Below the pieces are notes generated by a model. The model was not told the origin of the DNA, did not search any database, and saw only the letters and a list, made by a program, of their open reading frames with translations. From a virus (taxonomy: Duplodnaviria; Caudoviricetes): a stretch of DNA of 43,012 nt. The DNA is taken from positions 1 to 43,012 of IMG/VR virus record IMGVR_UViG_3300031260_000088; one strand, 5' to 3'. Made by a program: the position numbers and the translations under genes. Positions 18,560 to 27,203 of the stretch are shown here, piece after piece. The first letter of the stretch is position 1, and every line of letters starts with the position of its first letter.

Positions 18560-18840
18560 CCAGACCAGGGGACCGGGGATTATGATGAATGATAAAGCTA
18601 AAAACGGCCCAAAAATGGACATCATAAAAGTAAGCCAGCGGAATGAAACGAAAAAAATAGAAAAAATGACGTGATGATGAAAGTCCTAGAAACTCTCCCG
18701 CGCGCGCGCGCGAAAACGAAGAAATAAGGTTTCGGCTTGGGCTGAAACCAAAAAAAATTTATCAAAGTTACTAGGACATAAATCATCAAATCATAGAAAT
18801 AGATATTTGATTAATATTTTAAATAAATTAAGGAAATGAC
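18560..18840. other. Putative replication origin
   Basis: AT-rich non-coding tract after the helicase with ATGA/TCAT repeats, a long spaced inverted repeat and (CG)7. Confidence 0.6.
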
Positions 18841-18846
18841 CACCAA

Positions 18847-19164
18847 ATGATTTCCAATGATTTGCTGACGATGACCCTTTTTGGCTCAAAATCCCTGGCC
18901 CGGTTCTCCGATATCGATCAGAACCTCGAAATTCTCGCCGAAGAATGTGCCGAGGTGGTTCAGATCAAATCGAAGATCGTGCGCTTTGGGATGGATGACG
19001 TCTGGCCTGCTCGTGGGATGAGCAATCGGGAGGCTTTGGAACAGGAACTCGGCGATGTGCTCGTCCTGGTCGAGGTCCTGATTGGTAACGGCGTGCTCTC
19101 CCTGGAGGGCCTGATGGCCGCCAGGGACAGGAAAATCGAAAAGATGGGGGAGTGGTACCGGTGA
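18847..19164 (+). CDS. MazG-like NTP pyrophosphohydrolase
   Basis: LAEECAEV...LEQELGDVL (EExxE...ExxD). Confidence 0.75.
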   Translation: MISNDLLTMTLFGSKSLARFSDIDQNLEILAEECAEVVQIKSKIVRFGMDDVWPARGMSNREALEQELGDVLVLVEVLIGNGVLSLEGLMAARDRKIEKMGEWYR

Positions 19165-19196
19165 GGACGAACGGGGCGAGAAGAGCCAGAAGCGGC

Positions 19197-19454
19197 TCAG
19201 GGGCGCAGGTGTTTCGCTGTCTCCTCTGGCAGGGGTACGGCTACGGCATTTCCGTCGATCGGGGAAGGCGCGGGGATTTCGTCGCTGTCGTCGATCCGTC
19301 CGGCGATGGCTTCGGCCAAGCAGTCGGCCGCCATGTCCAGGGCCTCGACCGGGTCGCGGCCCGAGGTCAGCGCTTCGGGCAGATCGGGAAAGCTGACGAC
19401 GATTTCGCCCCCTTCCCGGGTCGGGATCGCGGGGTAGATTCTCTGGTCTTTCAT
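19197..19454 (-). CDS. hicB: HicB-like antitoxin (N-terminal domain only)
   Basis: YPAI....VSFPDLPEALTSG...EAL.MA.DCL...IPAPS. Confidence 0.8.
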   Translation of the reverse strand: MKDQRIYPAIPTREGGEIVVSFPDLPEALTSGRDPVEALDMAADCLAEAIAGRIDDSDEIPAPSPIDGNAVAVPLPEETAKHLRP

Positions 19455-19460
19455 CGGCGT

Positions 19461-19739
19461 TTACGCCACTCTCAGTTTGCAGCCGAGGGCCTTGGTCACC
19501 TTGTAGACGGTGGCGAAGTTCGGCCTGCCGTCCTCGGAAAGCGACTTGTACAGGCTGGCGCGGGTCACGCCGGCGGCCTTGGCCACCTCGGTCATGCCCC
19601 TGGCGCGGGCGGCGATGCTCAGCGCGTGGATGAAATCGCTCTCGTCTCCCGTATCGAGAGATTCCTGCAGAAACTCGCGAATATCTTCTTCGGTTTCGAG
19701 GTGTTCGGCGATGTCGAACGGTTTTGTTTTGACGGTCAT
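19461..19739 (-). CDS. Addiction module antidote (HI1420/HigA-type HTH)
   Basis: FDIAEHL...ARARGMTEVAKAAGVTRASLYKSLS..GRPNF. Confidence 0.9.
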   Translation of the reverse strand: MTVKTKPFDIAEHLETEEDIREFLQESLDTGDESDFIHALSIAARARGMTEVAKAAGVTRASLYKSLSEDGRPNFATVYKVTKALGCKLRVA

Positions 19740-19742
19740 GGG

Positions 19743-20042
19743 TCACTCCTCAAGGCTGTTCAAAAGATCCGTGGCTTTCGCGATGTCTTTGGCTTGGGTC
19801 GATTTGTCGCCACCGGCCAGCAGCAACACCACCTGGCCGTCGCGCAGGGTGTAATAAACGCGCAGGCCGCCTCCGAAGAAACAACGCAGCTCGAACAGTG
19901 TGGCGGAAATCTGCTTGAAATCGCCGAAATTTCCGTTTTCGACCCGCGCCAACCGGGACATCAAGCGGTTTTTAACCGACCGGTCTTTCAGCCCGGCCAG
20001 CCATTTGTCATACATTTCGGTGCTCGTCAGCGTGTATTTCAT
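19743..20042 (-). CDS. Addiction module killer toxin (RelE/HigB, HI1419-type)
   Basis: RL.R...GNFGD...ELR...G.RVYY...LLLAGGDKSTQ.KDI. Confidence 0.9.
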   Translation of the reverse strand: MKYTLTSTEMYDKWLAGLKDRSVKNRLMSRLARVENGNFGDFKQISATLFELRCFFGGGLRVYYTLRDGQVVLLLAGGDKSTQAKDIAKATDLLNSLEE

Positions 20043-20048
20043 GGGTTG

Positions 20049-20077
20049 ATTGTATCCCACAGGAAACAAAAACGCAA
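20049..20077 (-). promoter_or_regulatory. Sigma70 promoter for the TA operon (probably leaderless)
   Basis: TTGCGT-17-TACAAT ending 6 nt before the ATG; imperfect palindrome TGTATCC-N4-GGAAACA overlaps it. Confidence 0.65.
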
Positions 20078-20103
20078 CACAAAAACAGAAAAATCAAAAC
20101 CCC

Positions 20104-20132
20104 TTGACCTCCGCCTGGGTTTTGGCTATGCT
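20104..20132 (+). promoter_or_regulatory. Sigma70 promoter of the C4/antirepressor operon
   Basis: TTGACC-17-TATGCT. Confidence 0.75.
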
Positions 20133-20251
20133 TTCCCCGTTGCCGCAAAATCGGCAGCCGGGTTTGGAAGCCCGAATCAAGAGGCGGATGCCGCCACTGC
20201 GAAATCAGTGGTGTTTTTGCATCCAAAGCACGGCGTGTCTCCGTTTCGACT

Positions 20252-20323
20252 GGGCGGCCGTGCGGGAGGCCTTCGGGCCTGCCGGTTCCTCTTGACCGGT
20301 CTTCCAACCCGCACGGTCCGCCC
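20252..20323 (+). ncRNA. C4-like antisense RNA (P1 c4 / P4 CI family)
   Basis: Outer stem GGGCGGCCGTGCGGG/CCCGCACGGTCCGCCC and a UUCG hairpin; single-stranded CCTCTTGA and CTTCCAA complement sites upstream and downstream. Confidence 0.85.
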
Positions 20324-20381
20324 TTTTTGCGTTTGGAAGCGCGAAGGGGGCCTCGAAAACCCCGTCAAGAGGAGACCCGCC

Positions 20382-20849
20382 ATGCCCGAAGTCCGTCCCG
20401 TCCCCCCGTGTTCGCCCCCTGCCCGCTTCTCGTACCCCGCCGATTTCGTCCGCGATTATGCCGCGCCGGTGTTCGACCGACACGCCGCCTGCCCACAACT
20501 GTTCGCCGCCTGGTTCGACGGCGACGACCGGCTGCTTGGCCGGCAGACCCTCGCCCTTGGCCCCCTCGCGACCCGCCCCATCGATCTCAAGCGCCTCTGG
20601 TCCCTGGCCCGCGTTCCCGCCGGGGCGCGCTTCGTCGCCTTCGCCCGCAACGTGCCGGGGGTCGACCTGCCCGACCTGGACGACGCCCATGGGCGCACCC
20701 TGTCCCGTCTCGGCGAGCTGGCCCGGGGCGCCCGGCTGGGGCTGATCGATTACGTCCTGGTGGGGGATAAATATCTGCAAAGCGCCGCCTACCACCGCGA
20801 TCCCCGCTGTCGGGGCTGGCGGATTCACGGCCAAGGGAGCCCGTCGTGA
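20382..20849 (+). CDS. Degenerate RadC/JAB-domain protein
   Basis: L.A.W.D..DRLLG...G......D...LIDYVLVG layout of RadC; HNHPSG replaced by RNVPG. Confidence 0.6.
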   Translation: MPEVRPVPPCSPPARFSYPADFVRDYAAPVFDRHAACPQLFAAWFDGDDRLLGRQTLALGPLATRPIDLKRLWSLARVPAGARFVAFARNVPGVDLPDLDDAHGRTLSRLGELARGARLGLIDYVLVGDKYLQSAAYHRDPRCRGWRIHGQGSPS

Positions 20850-21001
20850 AGCCCCGGCGGCTGAGCGCCGAAGAACGCGCCCTGGTCGAAGGCTTCCGGC
20901 GCCTGCCGGAACATCGCCGCGCCGGGCTGTTGTGCCAGATCGCCGATACCCTCACCGTCCATCGACTCGCCCACGGGGCCATGAAAGGAATACAGCCATG
21001 A
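20846..21001 (+). CDS. 51-aa protein resembling the repressor C-terminal domain (not in the ORF track)
   Basis: GTGA and ATGA coupling at both ends; LSAEERALVEGFRRLPEHRR. Confidence 0.65.
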   Translation: MKPRRLSAEERALVEGFRRLPEHRRAGLLCQIADTLTVHRLAHGAMKGIQP

Positions 21002-21783
21002 CCGAACTCGTTTCCATTACCGACCAGAAAGCCGTCACCTCCTCGCTGATCGTCGCCGAGGCGTTTGGGAAGGGCCATGCCCACGTACTGCGGACCATTC
21101 GTGAAATGGAATGTTCCGAGAGTTTTGCCCAATCCAATTTTGGATTGGGCTCCTACCTCGATGTCAACAACCAGCCTCGCCCCATGTACACGATCACCCG
21201 CGACGGCTTCACCTTTCTGGCCATGGGCTTCACCGGCAAGCGGGCGGCGGAGTTCAAGGAAAAGTTCATCGCCGCCTTCAACGCCATGGAGCAGGCCCTG
21301 CTCGAAGGGACCGGCGAGCGCCGCCAGGTGGATGTGACCCTGAACCACGTGCGCGGCATCACCAACCCGAACGGGCTGGACATCAAGTACACCCTCGACC
21401 TGACCAAGATCGCGATGCACCCGACCCGGCGGAACCTGGCGGTGCTGGAACGGCTGACGGGGATCCCCATGGAGGATGTGTTGCCGAAGCAGGTGGAGGC
21501 GGTCGACGGTCCCGCCGATCAGGGGCATGTGGCCCAATTCGTCGCGGATCGCTGCGCCGAGGTCGCCACCACGTATAGGCTGCCGCTGAAGCGGTTCTAC
21601 GAACATTTCCGCAAGTGGTACGCGCTGGAAGTGGACGCCGGGCATTACGGCATCCCGAGCCGGGTCGAGGTGGCGCGGAGCCTGCGCGCGATGGGCTTCG
21701 ATCTCCCCGAGGGCCGCAAGACTGCCGGTCAGGTTCAGATTTTTGGACTGAGCTTGACCGATCAGGCCGAGAGTATTCGTTGA
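20998..21783 (+). CDS. rha: Rha-family regulator fused to a D5/P4-type winged-helix domain
   Basis: TSSLIVAEAFGKGH..VLR.I, TRDGFTFLAMGFTG.RA..FK..FI.AF..ME; AAAGGA RBS. Confidence 0.88.
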   Translation: MTELVSITDQKAVTSSLIVAEAFGKGHAHVLRTIREMECSESFAQSNFGLGSYLDVNNQPRPMYTITRDGFTFLAMGFTGKRAAEFKEKFIAAFNAMEQALLEGTGERRQVDVTLNHVRGITNPNGLDIKYTLDLTKIAMHPTRRNLAVLERLTGIPMEDVLPKQVEAVDGPADQGHVAQFVADRCAEVATTYRLPLKRFYEHFRKWYALEVDAGHYGIPSRVEVARSLRAMGFDLPEGRKTAGQVQIFGLSLTDQAESIR

Positions 21784-21813
21784 TCTTCCGGCCGGGCGGT
21801 TCGCCGCCCGGCC

Positions 21814-23331
21814 ATGAAAGGACGTTTTGTGGATCTTCTCGACTTGGCACGACAGCATGTTTCCCTGCGCAAGGTCGGCTCTGAATGGCACGGGGCTTGC
21901 CCGGCCTGCGGTTCGGGCAAGAGCGGGCCGGAGAAGACGGATCGTTTTTCGGTGAAGCCGGACGGCCGCTTTTTCTGCCGCAGCTGCACGCCGTCGGGCG
22001 GGGATGCCGTCGCCTTCTTGCGCAAGTTCGAGGGGAAGAGCTGCCCGGAAGCGCACGCGGCGTTGGGAATCGAGTGCTGGTCCGCCACCTGCCCGGTGGC
22101 GGACCGCTGCCGCAAGGGCGGCGGCGTGGGGCCTCGGCGTGACGACCGGCAACGGCAGACGGCGGCGCCGGCGAAAAGCAACGGCCCGGTGTGGGCGCCG
22201 GTGGACGCCACCGAGCCCGCCGATCTGTGGCGGAGCAATGCCGCCCGCCTGGTCGAGTGGGCGCATGAGCGGATTTTTCAGGAGCCGGACCAGCTCTCCT
22301 GGCTGGCGGCACGGGGCCTGCCGGTGGAGGCTGTGCGCAAGTACCGCCTGGGCTGGTGGCCGGAGACCAAGTTCAAGACCCTGTCGAGCTGGGGCTTGCC
22401 GGAAGAGCGGCACGAGCAGACCGGCAAGCCCCGCCGCCTTTGGCTGCCGCGCGGGCTGGTGATTCCCACCTTCCATGGGGACCGGGTGGACCGGGTCCGG
22501 ATCCGCCGCCCCTCGGAGGACCTGGGCGACGGCCTCGGCAAGTACGTGGCGATCAAGGGCAGCGGCGACGATGTTCCGGTCTACGGCGCGGACCGGCGCG
22601 GCTTCGTGGTGGTCGAGTCGGACCTGGACGGGCTGCTGATCGATTGGCTCGCCGGCGACCTGGTGGGATCGGTGCCCCTGGCGAGCTGCAGCGTCAAGCC
22701 CCGCAGTCGGGCGGCGGCCGTGCTCGAGCAGGCGCTGGTCATCCTGGTGGCGCTCGATTTCGAGCCGCGCCACAACGAGAAGACGGGCAAGTACGAGAAC
22801 CCGGGCGGGCACAGCGCGATCTGGTGGAAGAAGACCTATCGCCAGGCCAGGCGCTGGCCGGTGCCGGCGGGGAAGGATCCGGGGGATTTTTTTAAGGAGC
22901 ACGGCGGCGACATTCGCGCCTGGGTGTTGCAGGGCTTGCCGCCGGGGCTGAGAATCCGTGTGGCGCCCGCGCCCGCCCCGGTCGCGGCGGAGACGCCGGC
23001 GCCGGAGATCTCGGCCGCCGAGCCGGAGGGGCCAAAGTGCTGGACGTTGGAAAGCCGGAGCGGTCGGGTCTTCCATGTGGTGGAAACCGAACAGCAGGCG
23101 CGGCTCGTGGCGGCTCAGCGTCCGGGCGAGGCGGTCTTTACCGCCGCCGACATCCAGGCGATCAAGGACGCCGGGTTGTCTCCCGAGGAGGCGGAGCCGA
23201 TCCTCCTGGTCCGGCAGATGTTCGGGTACGGTCGGGCGTTGGACATCAAGCAGGTCGAGGGGACCGGTCTGGTCGAGTCGGCGCGGTTCGATCCGAGCCG
23301 CCTGCGGGCGGCGCGGCAAAGGGGGGCGTGA
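21814..23331 (+). CDS. Primase (Zn ribbon + TOPRIM)
   Basis: GACPACG..DRF..FCRSC..GD; VVESDLD, ALDFE and KDPGD motifs. Confidence 0.85.
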   Translation: MKGRFVDLLDLARQHVSLRKVGSEWHGACPACGSGKSGPEKTDRFSVKPDGRFFCRSCTPSGGDAVAFLRKFEGKSCPEAHAALGIECWSATCPVADRCRKGGGVGPRRDDRQRQTAAPAKSNGPVWAPVDATEPADLWRSNAARLVEWAHERIFQEPDQLSWLAARGLPVEAVRKYRLGWWPETKFKTLSSWGLPEERHEQTGKPRRLWLPRGLVIPTFHGDRVDRVRIRRPSEDLGDGLGKYVAIKGSGDDVPVYGADRRGFVVVESDLDGLLIDWLAGDLVGSVPLASCSVKPRSRAAAVLEQALVILVALDFEPRHNEKTGKYENPGGHSAIWWKKTYRQARRWPVPAGKDPGDFFKEHGGDIRAWVLQGLPPGLRIRVAPAPAPVAAETPAPEISAAEPEGPKCWTLESRSGRVFHVVETEQQARLVAAQRPGEAVFTAADIQAIKDAGLSPEEAEPILLVRQMFGYGRALDIKQVEGTGLVESARFDPSRLRAARQRGA

Positions 23332-23888
23332 TGGAGTTCAAGCAAATTTACAAAACCCGGGCGGAGGCGTTCCGGCTGTTCGTCGCGGCGCAGAATCTGC
23401 CGCGCAGCCAGTCGCAGTTCTACCAGGACGCCGACCGGCGGAAGATGGTTCGCCCCGACAAGACGGTGCATCTGTCGGACCTGCTGGCTTATGTCCAGGG
23501 GGAATTGCAGGGAGAGGCGGCGACGGGAAGGTCGGTGGCCGATGAGGAGCTGTCCCGGCACAAGGCCCGTCTGGAGGTGCGCAAGCTGGAGGCGGAGGTC
23601 GAGGCCAAGGAAAAAGCAAACCGCAAGGAGGACGACCGGTGGATGGAGGTCGCCGAGCACGATATCCAGATGGCCGCCTTCGCCGGGCTGATAGAGGACA
23701 CACTGAGGCAATTCACGACGCTGCGCCTGATGGAGCTGATTTACCTGTGTGGCGGCGATTCCCGCAAGGCGGCGGAGTTCAACCGGGGGCTGGAGGATCT
23801 TTACGCGGGCGTGTTCACCGACGCGGTGCGGGAGCAAACCCGGTCTATCGAATTCGAAGGTGAGGGCGATGACGACTTTGGCGATTGA
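23331..23888 (+). CDS. Terminase small subunit (Nu1-like)
   Basis: N-terminal HTH-like region plus coiled coil; directly precedes the large subunit. Confidence 0.65.
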   Translation: MEFKQIYKTRAEAFRLFVAAQNLPRSQSQFYQDADRRKMVRPDKTVHLSDLLAYVQGELQGEAATGRSVADEELSRHKARLEVRKLEAEVEAKEKANRKEDDRWMEVAEHDIQMAAFAGLIEDTLRQFTTLRLMELIYLCGGDSRKAAEFNRGLEDLYAGVFTDAVREQTRSIEFEGEGDDDFGD

Positions 23889-25830
23889 TCCGCAACCGGA
23901 GCTGATCGCGGGGCGGCGGCTGCCGCTTCGTCCGTGGATGCCGCGGGCCTGGCGCGATCGTCTCGCGGGGCGGCGGGTGGCGTTGCGGGTCGCGGCCCCG
24001 GTGCGCCTGCGCTGCCGCCGTCCGGAGCGGATCACCCCGAGCGAGTTTTCGGCGCGGTTCCGCTACATGCCCGATTCGGATTCCCATCCCGGGAAATGGC
24101 GGATCGAGTTCGCCCGGCAGTCGGTGAAGGTCATGGACACCTGGGCGCTGCCCTGGGTGCGCGAGGTCTGGTTCTGCGGCGTAGACCAGATGAGCAAGAC
24201 CAACACCATGCTCGGCTGCATCCAGTGGTCGATCGAACACGCTCCGGGGAATATCTTCTACCAGATGCCGGACGAAGCCAGCAGCATCAAAATCATGGAC
24301 CACAAGATCAACGCCGGGCTCAGGGCCACGCCGCGCATGGCCAAGTATCTGAGCCCCCGCGCCGACGATACCGGTCTGGCCAAGACGACCCTGGTCAACG
24401 GCGTGACGATCATTCCGGCCTGGTCGGGGTCTCCCAGCTCGACGGCGATCTTTTCGGCGCTGTACACGTTCACCGACGAGTTGGACAAGTGCAAGATGGT
24501 CGGCAAGGAGGCCTCGCCCGTCGCCCGGATCAAGAAGCGGACCCGGAACAAGCGCTTCGGCAAGCACTTCTTCGCCGGCACTCCGGCCGGGCAATGGCTC
24601 TACAAGGAGACCATGGCCTGTGTGCAGGTGTGGGTTCTGGCCGCGCGCTGTCCCGAGTGCGGCGAGCTGATCGCCATGGACGAGGATCATGTCGTGATCC
24701 CCGGCGGGGCGACGGTCGAGGATATCAAGGCCGATCCCGCCATCGTCGAATACGCCTGTGCCTGCGGCGCCCCGTGGAACGAGGAGGTGCGAGCTGAGGC
24801 CTGTCGGAGGGGAGATTGGCTCTGCATCAAGGGGGAGGAGGTCTCCCGCCCGGAATCGGTGGGGTTTCTCGGCCCGGCGTTCCCCTTGCCGGAGGTCTCG
24901 CTGGCGGAGATCGCCATCACCATTCTCAAGGCCCGCTCGGGGGACACCTCGGCCAAGCGGGATCTTGCCCACGGCATCAAGGCGGTCGACGCCGAGGAGG
25001 AAATCTTCGACCGCAAGGAAGACCAGATTCTGCGGCTGCGTGACGACCGGCCCGAGGGCCTGGTGCCGTCCGTGCCGATCGCGGCCATCACCGCCGTGGC
25101 GGACATGCAGAAGCGCGGCTTCTGGTTCAAGATCACCGCCTGGGGCTATGGCCTGGAACAGGAATGCTGGCTGCTGCGCGCCGGCTTTGTCGATTCGTGG
25201 GATGCGCTGCGCAAGCTCTTCTACGAAACGGAGTTCAGGGATGTCCACGGCAACCGCTATGTCGTCACCATGCGCGGCATCGACTCGGGTGGCGGCGAGA
25301 GCGAGGATTATGTCGACCTCTCCAAGACCGGCGAGGCCTATCTGTTCGCCTGCGCCAATCCCGGCATCGTGCTCTTCAAGGGGGTGCGCACCATGGCCAG
25401 CCCCTACATCCTGAAGACGGTCGACCGCCTGCCGGGAACCAACAAGCCGCTTCCTGGGGCGCCCCAGCTTTATTCGCTGAATTCGAAGCACTACAAGGAC
25501 GCCCTCGCCGCGAAGCTGATGGTGGACCCGAACAGTCCGGGAGCCTGGCACCTGCACAGCGGATACGCCGCCGAGCAGCTGGAGCTCAAGCGCCGGGACC
25601 CGTCGGTCAAGCTCGATCACAACCTCGGCGAACTGGCCAAGCAGATGTGTGTCGAGGGGAAGGACGATAAGGGCGGCTTCTGGGTGAACCCGAAGCGGCG
25701 GGCCAATCATCTTTGGGATGCCGCGTATATGGAGTTGGCCCTGGTCGACATCGCCCAGGTGAAATTTTGGAAACAGCCTAGCGCCCGGCCGGAACAGAGT
25801 GGTCCACGGGTGCTGAGCCATGGCGTGTGA
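23869..25830 (+). CDS. Terminase large subunit (lambda gpA family)
   Basis: HPGKW, QMSKT, FTDELD, GTP, CPECG, D.Q, IDSGG, KG and NH.WD motifs. Confidence 0.92.
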   Translation: MTTLAIDPQPELIAGRRLPLRPWMPRAWRDRLAGRRVALRVAAPVRLRCRRPERITPSEFSARFRYMPDSDSHPGKWRIEFARQSVKVMDTWALPWVREVWFCGVDQMSKTNTMLGCIQWSIEHAPGNIFYQMPDEASSIKIMDHKINAGLRATPRMAKYLSPRADDTGLAKTTLVNGVTIIPAWSGSPSSTAIFSALYTFTDELDKCKMVGKEASPVARIKKRTRNKRFGKHFFAGTPAGQWLYKETMACVQVWVLAARCPECGELIAMDEDHVVIPGGATVEDIKADPAIVEYACACGAPWNEEVRAEACRRGDWLCIKGEEVSRPESVGFLGPAFPLPEVSLAEIAITILKARSGDTSAKRDLAHGIKAVDAEEEIFDRKEDQILRLRDDRPEGLVPSVPIAAITAVADMQKRGFWFKITAWGYGLEQECWLLRAGFVDSWDALRKLFYETEFRDVHGNRYVVTMRGIDSGGGESEDYVDLSKTGEAYLFACANPGIVLFKGVRTMASPYILKTVDRLPGTNKPLPGAPQLYSLNSKHYKDALAAKLMVDPNSPGAWHLHSGYAAEQLELKRRDPSVKLDHNLGELAKQMCVEGKDDKGGFWVNPKRRANHLWDAAYMELALVDIAQVKFWKQPSARPEQSGPRVLSHGV

Positions 25831-26171
25831 GGGAGGTCTTTTTGAAGAGAGAAGCTATCGAGGTCAGGCGTCGGGAGCGGGCAGTGATCGCCCCGCAGTT
25901 CGTTACCCTGGAGGAGATCGATGCGGTGAAGCGGGCGTTCATCGAACGCACTCTGTCGTTTTCGCCGGAGGAGGCCGGGGCCATTTTCGGCAAGTCGGCG
26001 CGCTGGGCTATCGGCAAGGTGAAAGACGGCGTCTTTATCGCCATCGATGAAGGTGCACGCAAGGGCGAAGACGGAATGCTGCAGATGTCCCGCTATGGTC
26101 GTATCACCGCCGAGTCGGTCGCGGCCTACCGGAAATCCATCACGATCGCGCCGGAGCTGTGGTGCGAATAA
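25827..26171 (+). CDS. Hypothetical HTH-like protein
   Basis: FSPEEAGAIFGKSARW; coupled start. Confidence 0.6.
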   Translation: MREVFLKREAIEVRRRERAVIAPQFVTLEEIDAVKRAFIERTLSFSPEEAGAIFGKSARWAIGKVKDGVFIAIDEGARKGEDGMLQMSRYGRITAESVAAYRKSITIAPELWCE

Positions 26172-26188
26172 CCATTTAAGGAGGGAGC

Positions 26189-26869
26189 ATGTTCAGGGCC
26201 ATCATTTTCGATACCGAAACCACGTGCATCGACAGCCCGGAAATTATCGAGGCCGCCTATGTGCCGGTCTTCGACGTCGAAAATCTCACCATGGGGGATG
26301 AGTTTTTGCAGCGCTACCGCCCCCAGGGACAGATCAGTCTCGGCGCCATGGCGACCCACCATATCCTTCCCCTGGATCTTGTCGATTGCCCGCCATCCCG
26401 GGATTTCACTCTCCCCTGGGGGTGCCGCTATCTCATCGGCCATAATGTCGATTTCGACTGGCGCGCCGCCGGGTCTCCCGAGGACATCAAGCGCATCTGC
26501 ACCCTGGCTCTGTGCCGCAGTCTCTATCCGGAGGCCGACTCGCACAGCCTGGGCGCGATGATGTATCTGCTCTTCGGCGAGAAGGCCAGGGTTTACGTCA
26601 AAGGGGCGCATTCGGCCATGGCCGATGTGTTGATGTGCCGGATGATTCTGGAGCACATCCTTGACAAGCGGCTGAACTGTTCCTCTTTCGAGGAGCTGTG
26701 GGAAGCCTCCGAAGGTGCCCGGATTCCCAAGGTCATGTCGTTCGGAAAACACAAGGGCTCGCCGATCGGCGAGATCCCCGCCGATTATCGCCGGTGGCTG
26801 ATGGGGCAGCCGGACCTGGACCCGTATTTGCGCACGGCGCTGAACCGCGCGGGCGAGGTGCGCGCATGA
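26189..26869 (+). CDS. DEDDh 3'-5' exonuclease (ExoX-like)
   Basis: FDTETT, GHNVDFD, HSAMAD; C-terminal MSFGKHKG..IPADY..W. Confidence 0.88.
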   Translation: MFRAIIFDTETTCIDSPEIIEAAYVPVFDVENLTMGDEFLQRYRPQGQISLGAMATHHILPLDLVDCPPSRDFTLPWGCRYLIGHNVDFDWRAAGSPEDIKRICTLALCRSLYPEADSHSLGAMMYLLFGEKARVYVKGAHSAMADVLMCRMILEHILDKRLNCSSFEELWEASEGARIPKVMSFGKHKGSPIGEIPADYRRWLMGQPDLDPYLRTALNRAGEVRA

Positions 26870-27171
26870 AGATCTACATCGCCGGGCCGATGTCCGGGTT
26901 CCCCGAATTCAACTACCCGACCTTCCACGCCGTCGCCTCGGCGCTGAGAAGCCAGGGTCATGAGGTCGAAAGCCCCGCCGAGAATCCCGAGCCGCCCTGC
27001 GGGAGCTGGGAAGGCTACATGCGCATGGCGGTGGCGCAGCTGGCGCGCTGCGAGGCGGTAGCCCTGCTCCCGGGGTGGGAGTCGTCGAAGGGGGCCAGCC
27101 TGGAACACCGTCTGGCCCATGACCTGGGGCTGAAGGTAGTGACTGTCGATGCTCTCGGGATTGCCGTCTGA
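26866..27171 (+). CDS. DUF4406-family (nucleoside deoxyribosyltransferase-like) protein
   Basis: KIYIAGPMSG..FNYP.F...LPGWESSKGA.LE. Confidence 0.85.
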   Translation: MKIYIAGPMSGFPEFNYPTFHAVASALRSQGHEVESPAENPEPPCGSWEGYMRMAVAQLARCEAVALLPGWESSKGASLEHRLAHDLGLKVVTVDALGIAV

Positions 27172-27203
27172 TTTCGGTTCCCATCATTTCAAGGGAGAGA
27201 CCC

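Noticed and set aside
19152-20381. 565-aa ORF with an Ash-like motif (GYAFPVAAKSAAG)
   Set aside because: It runs antisense across three TA genes and through the promoter and C4 RNA; only the part from 20382 looks like a real gene
20587-23319. 910-aa minus-strand ORF
   Set aside because: Shadow of the rha and primase genes in high-GC DNA; no motifs
23845-25821. 658-aa minus-strand ORF
   Set aside because: Shadow of the terminase large subunit
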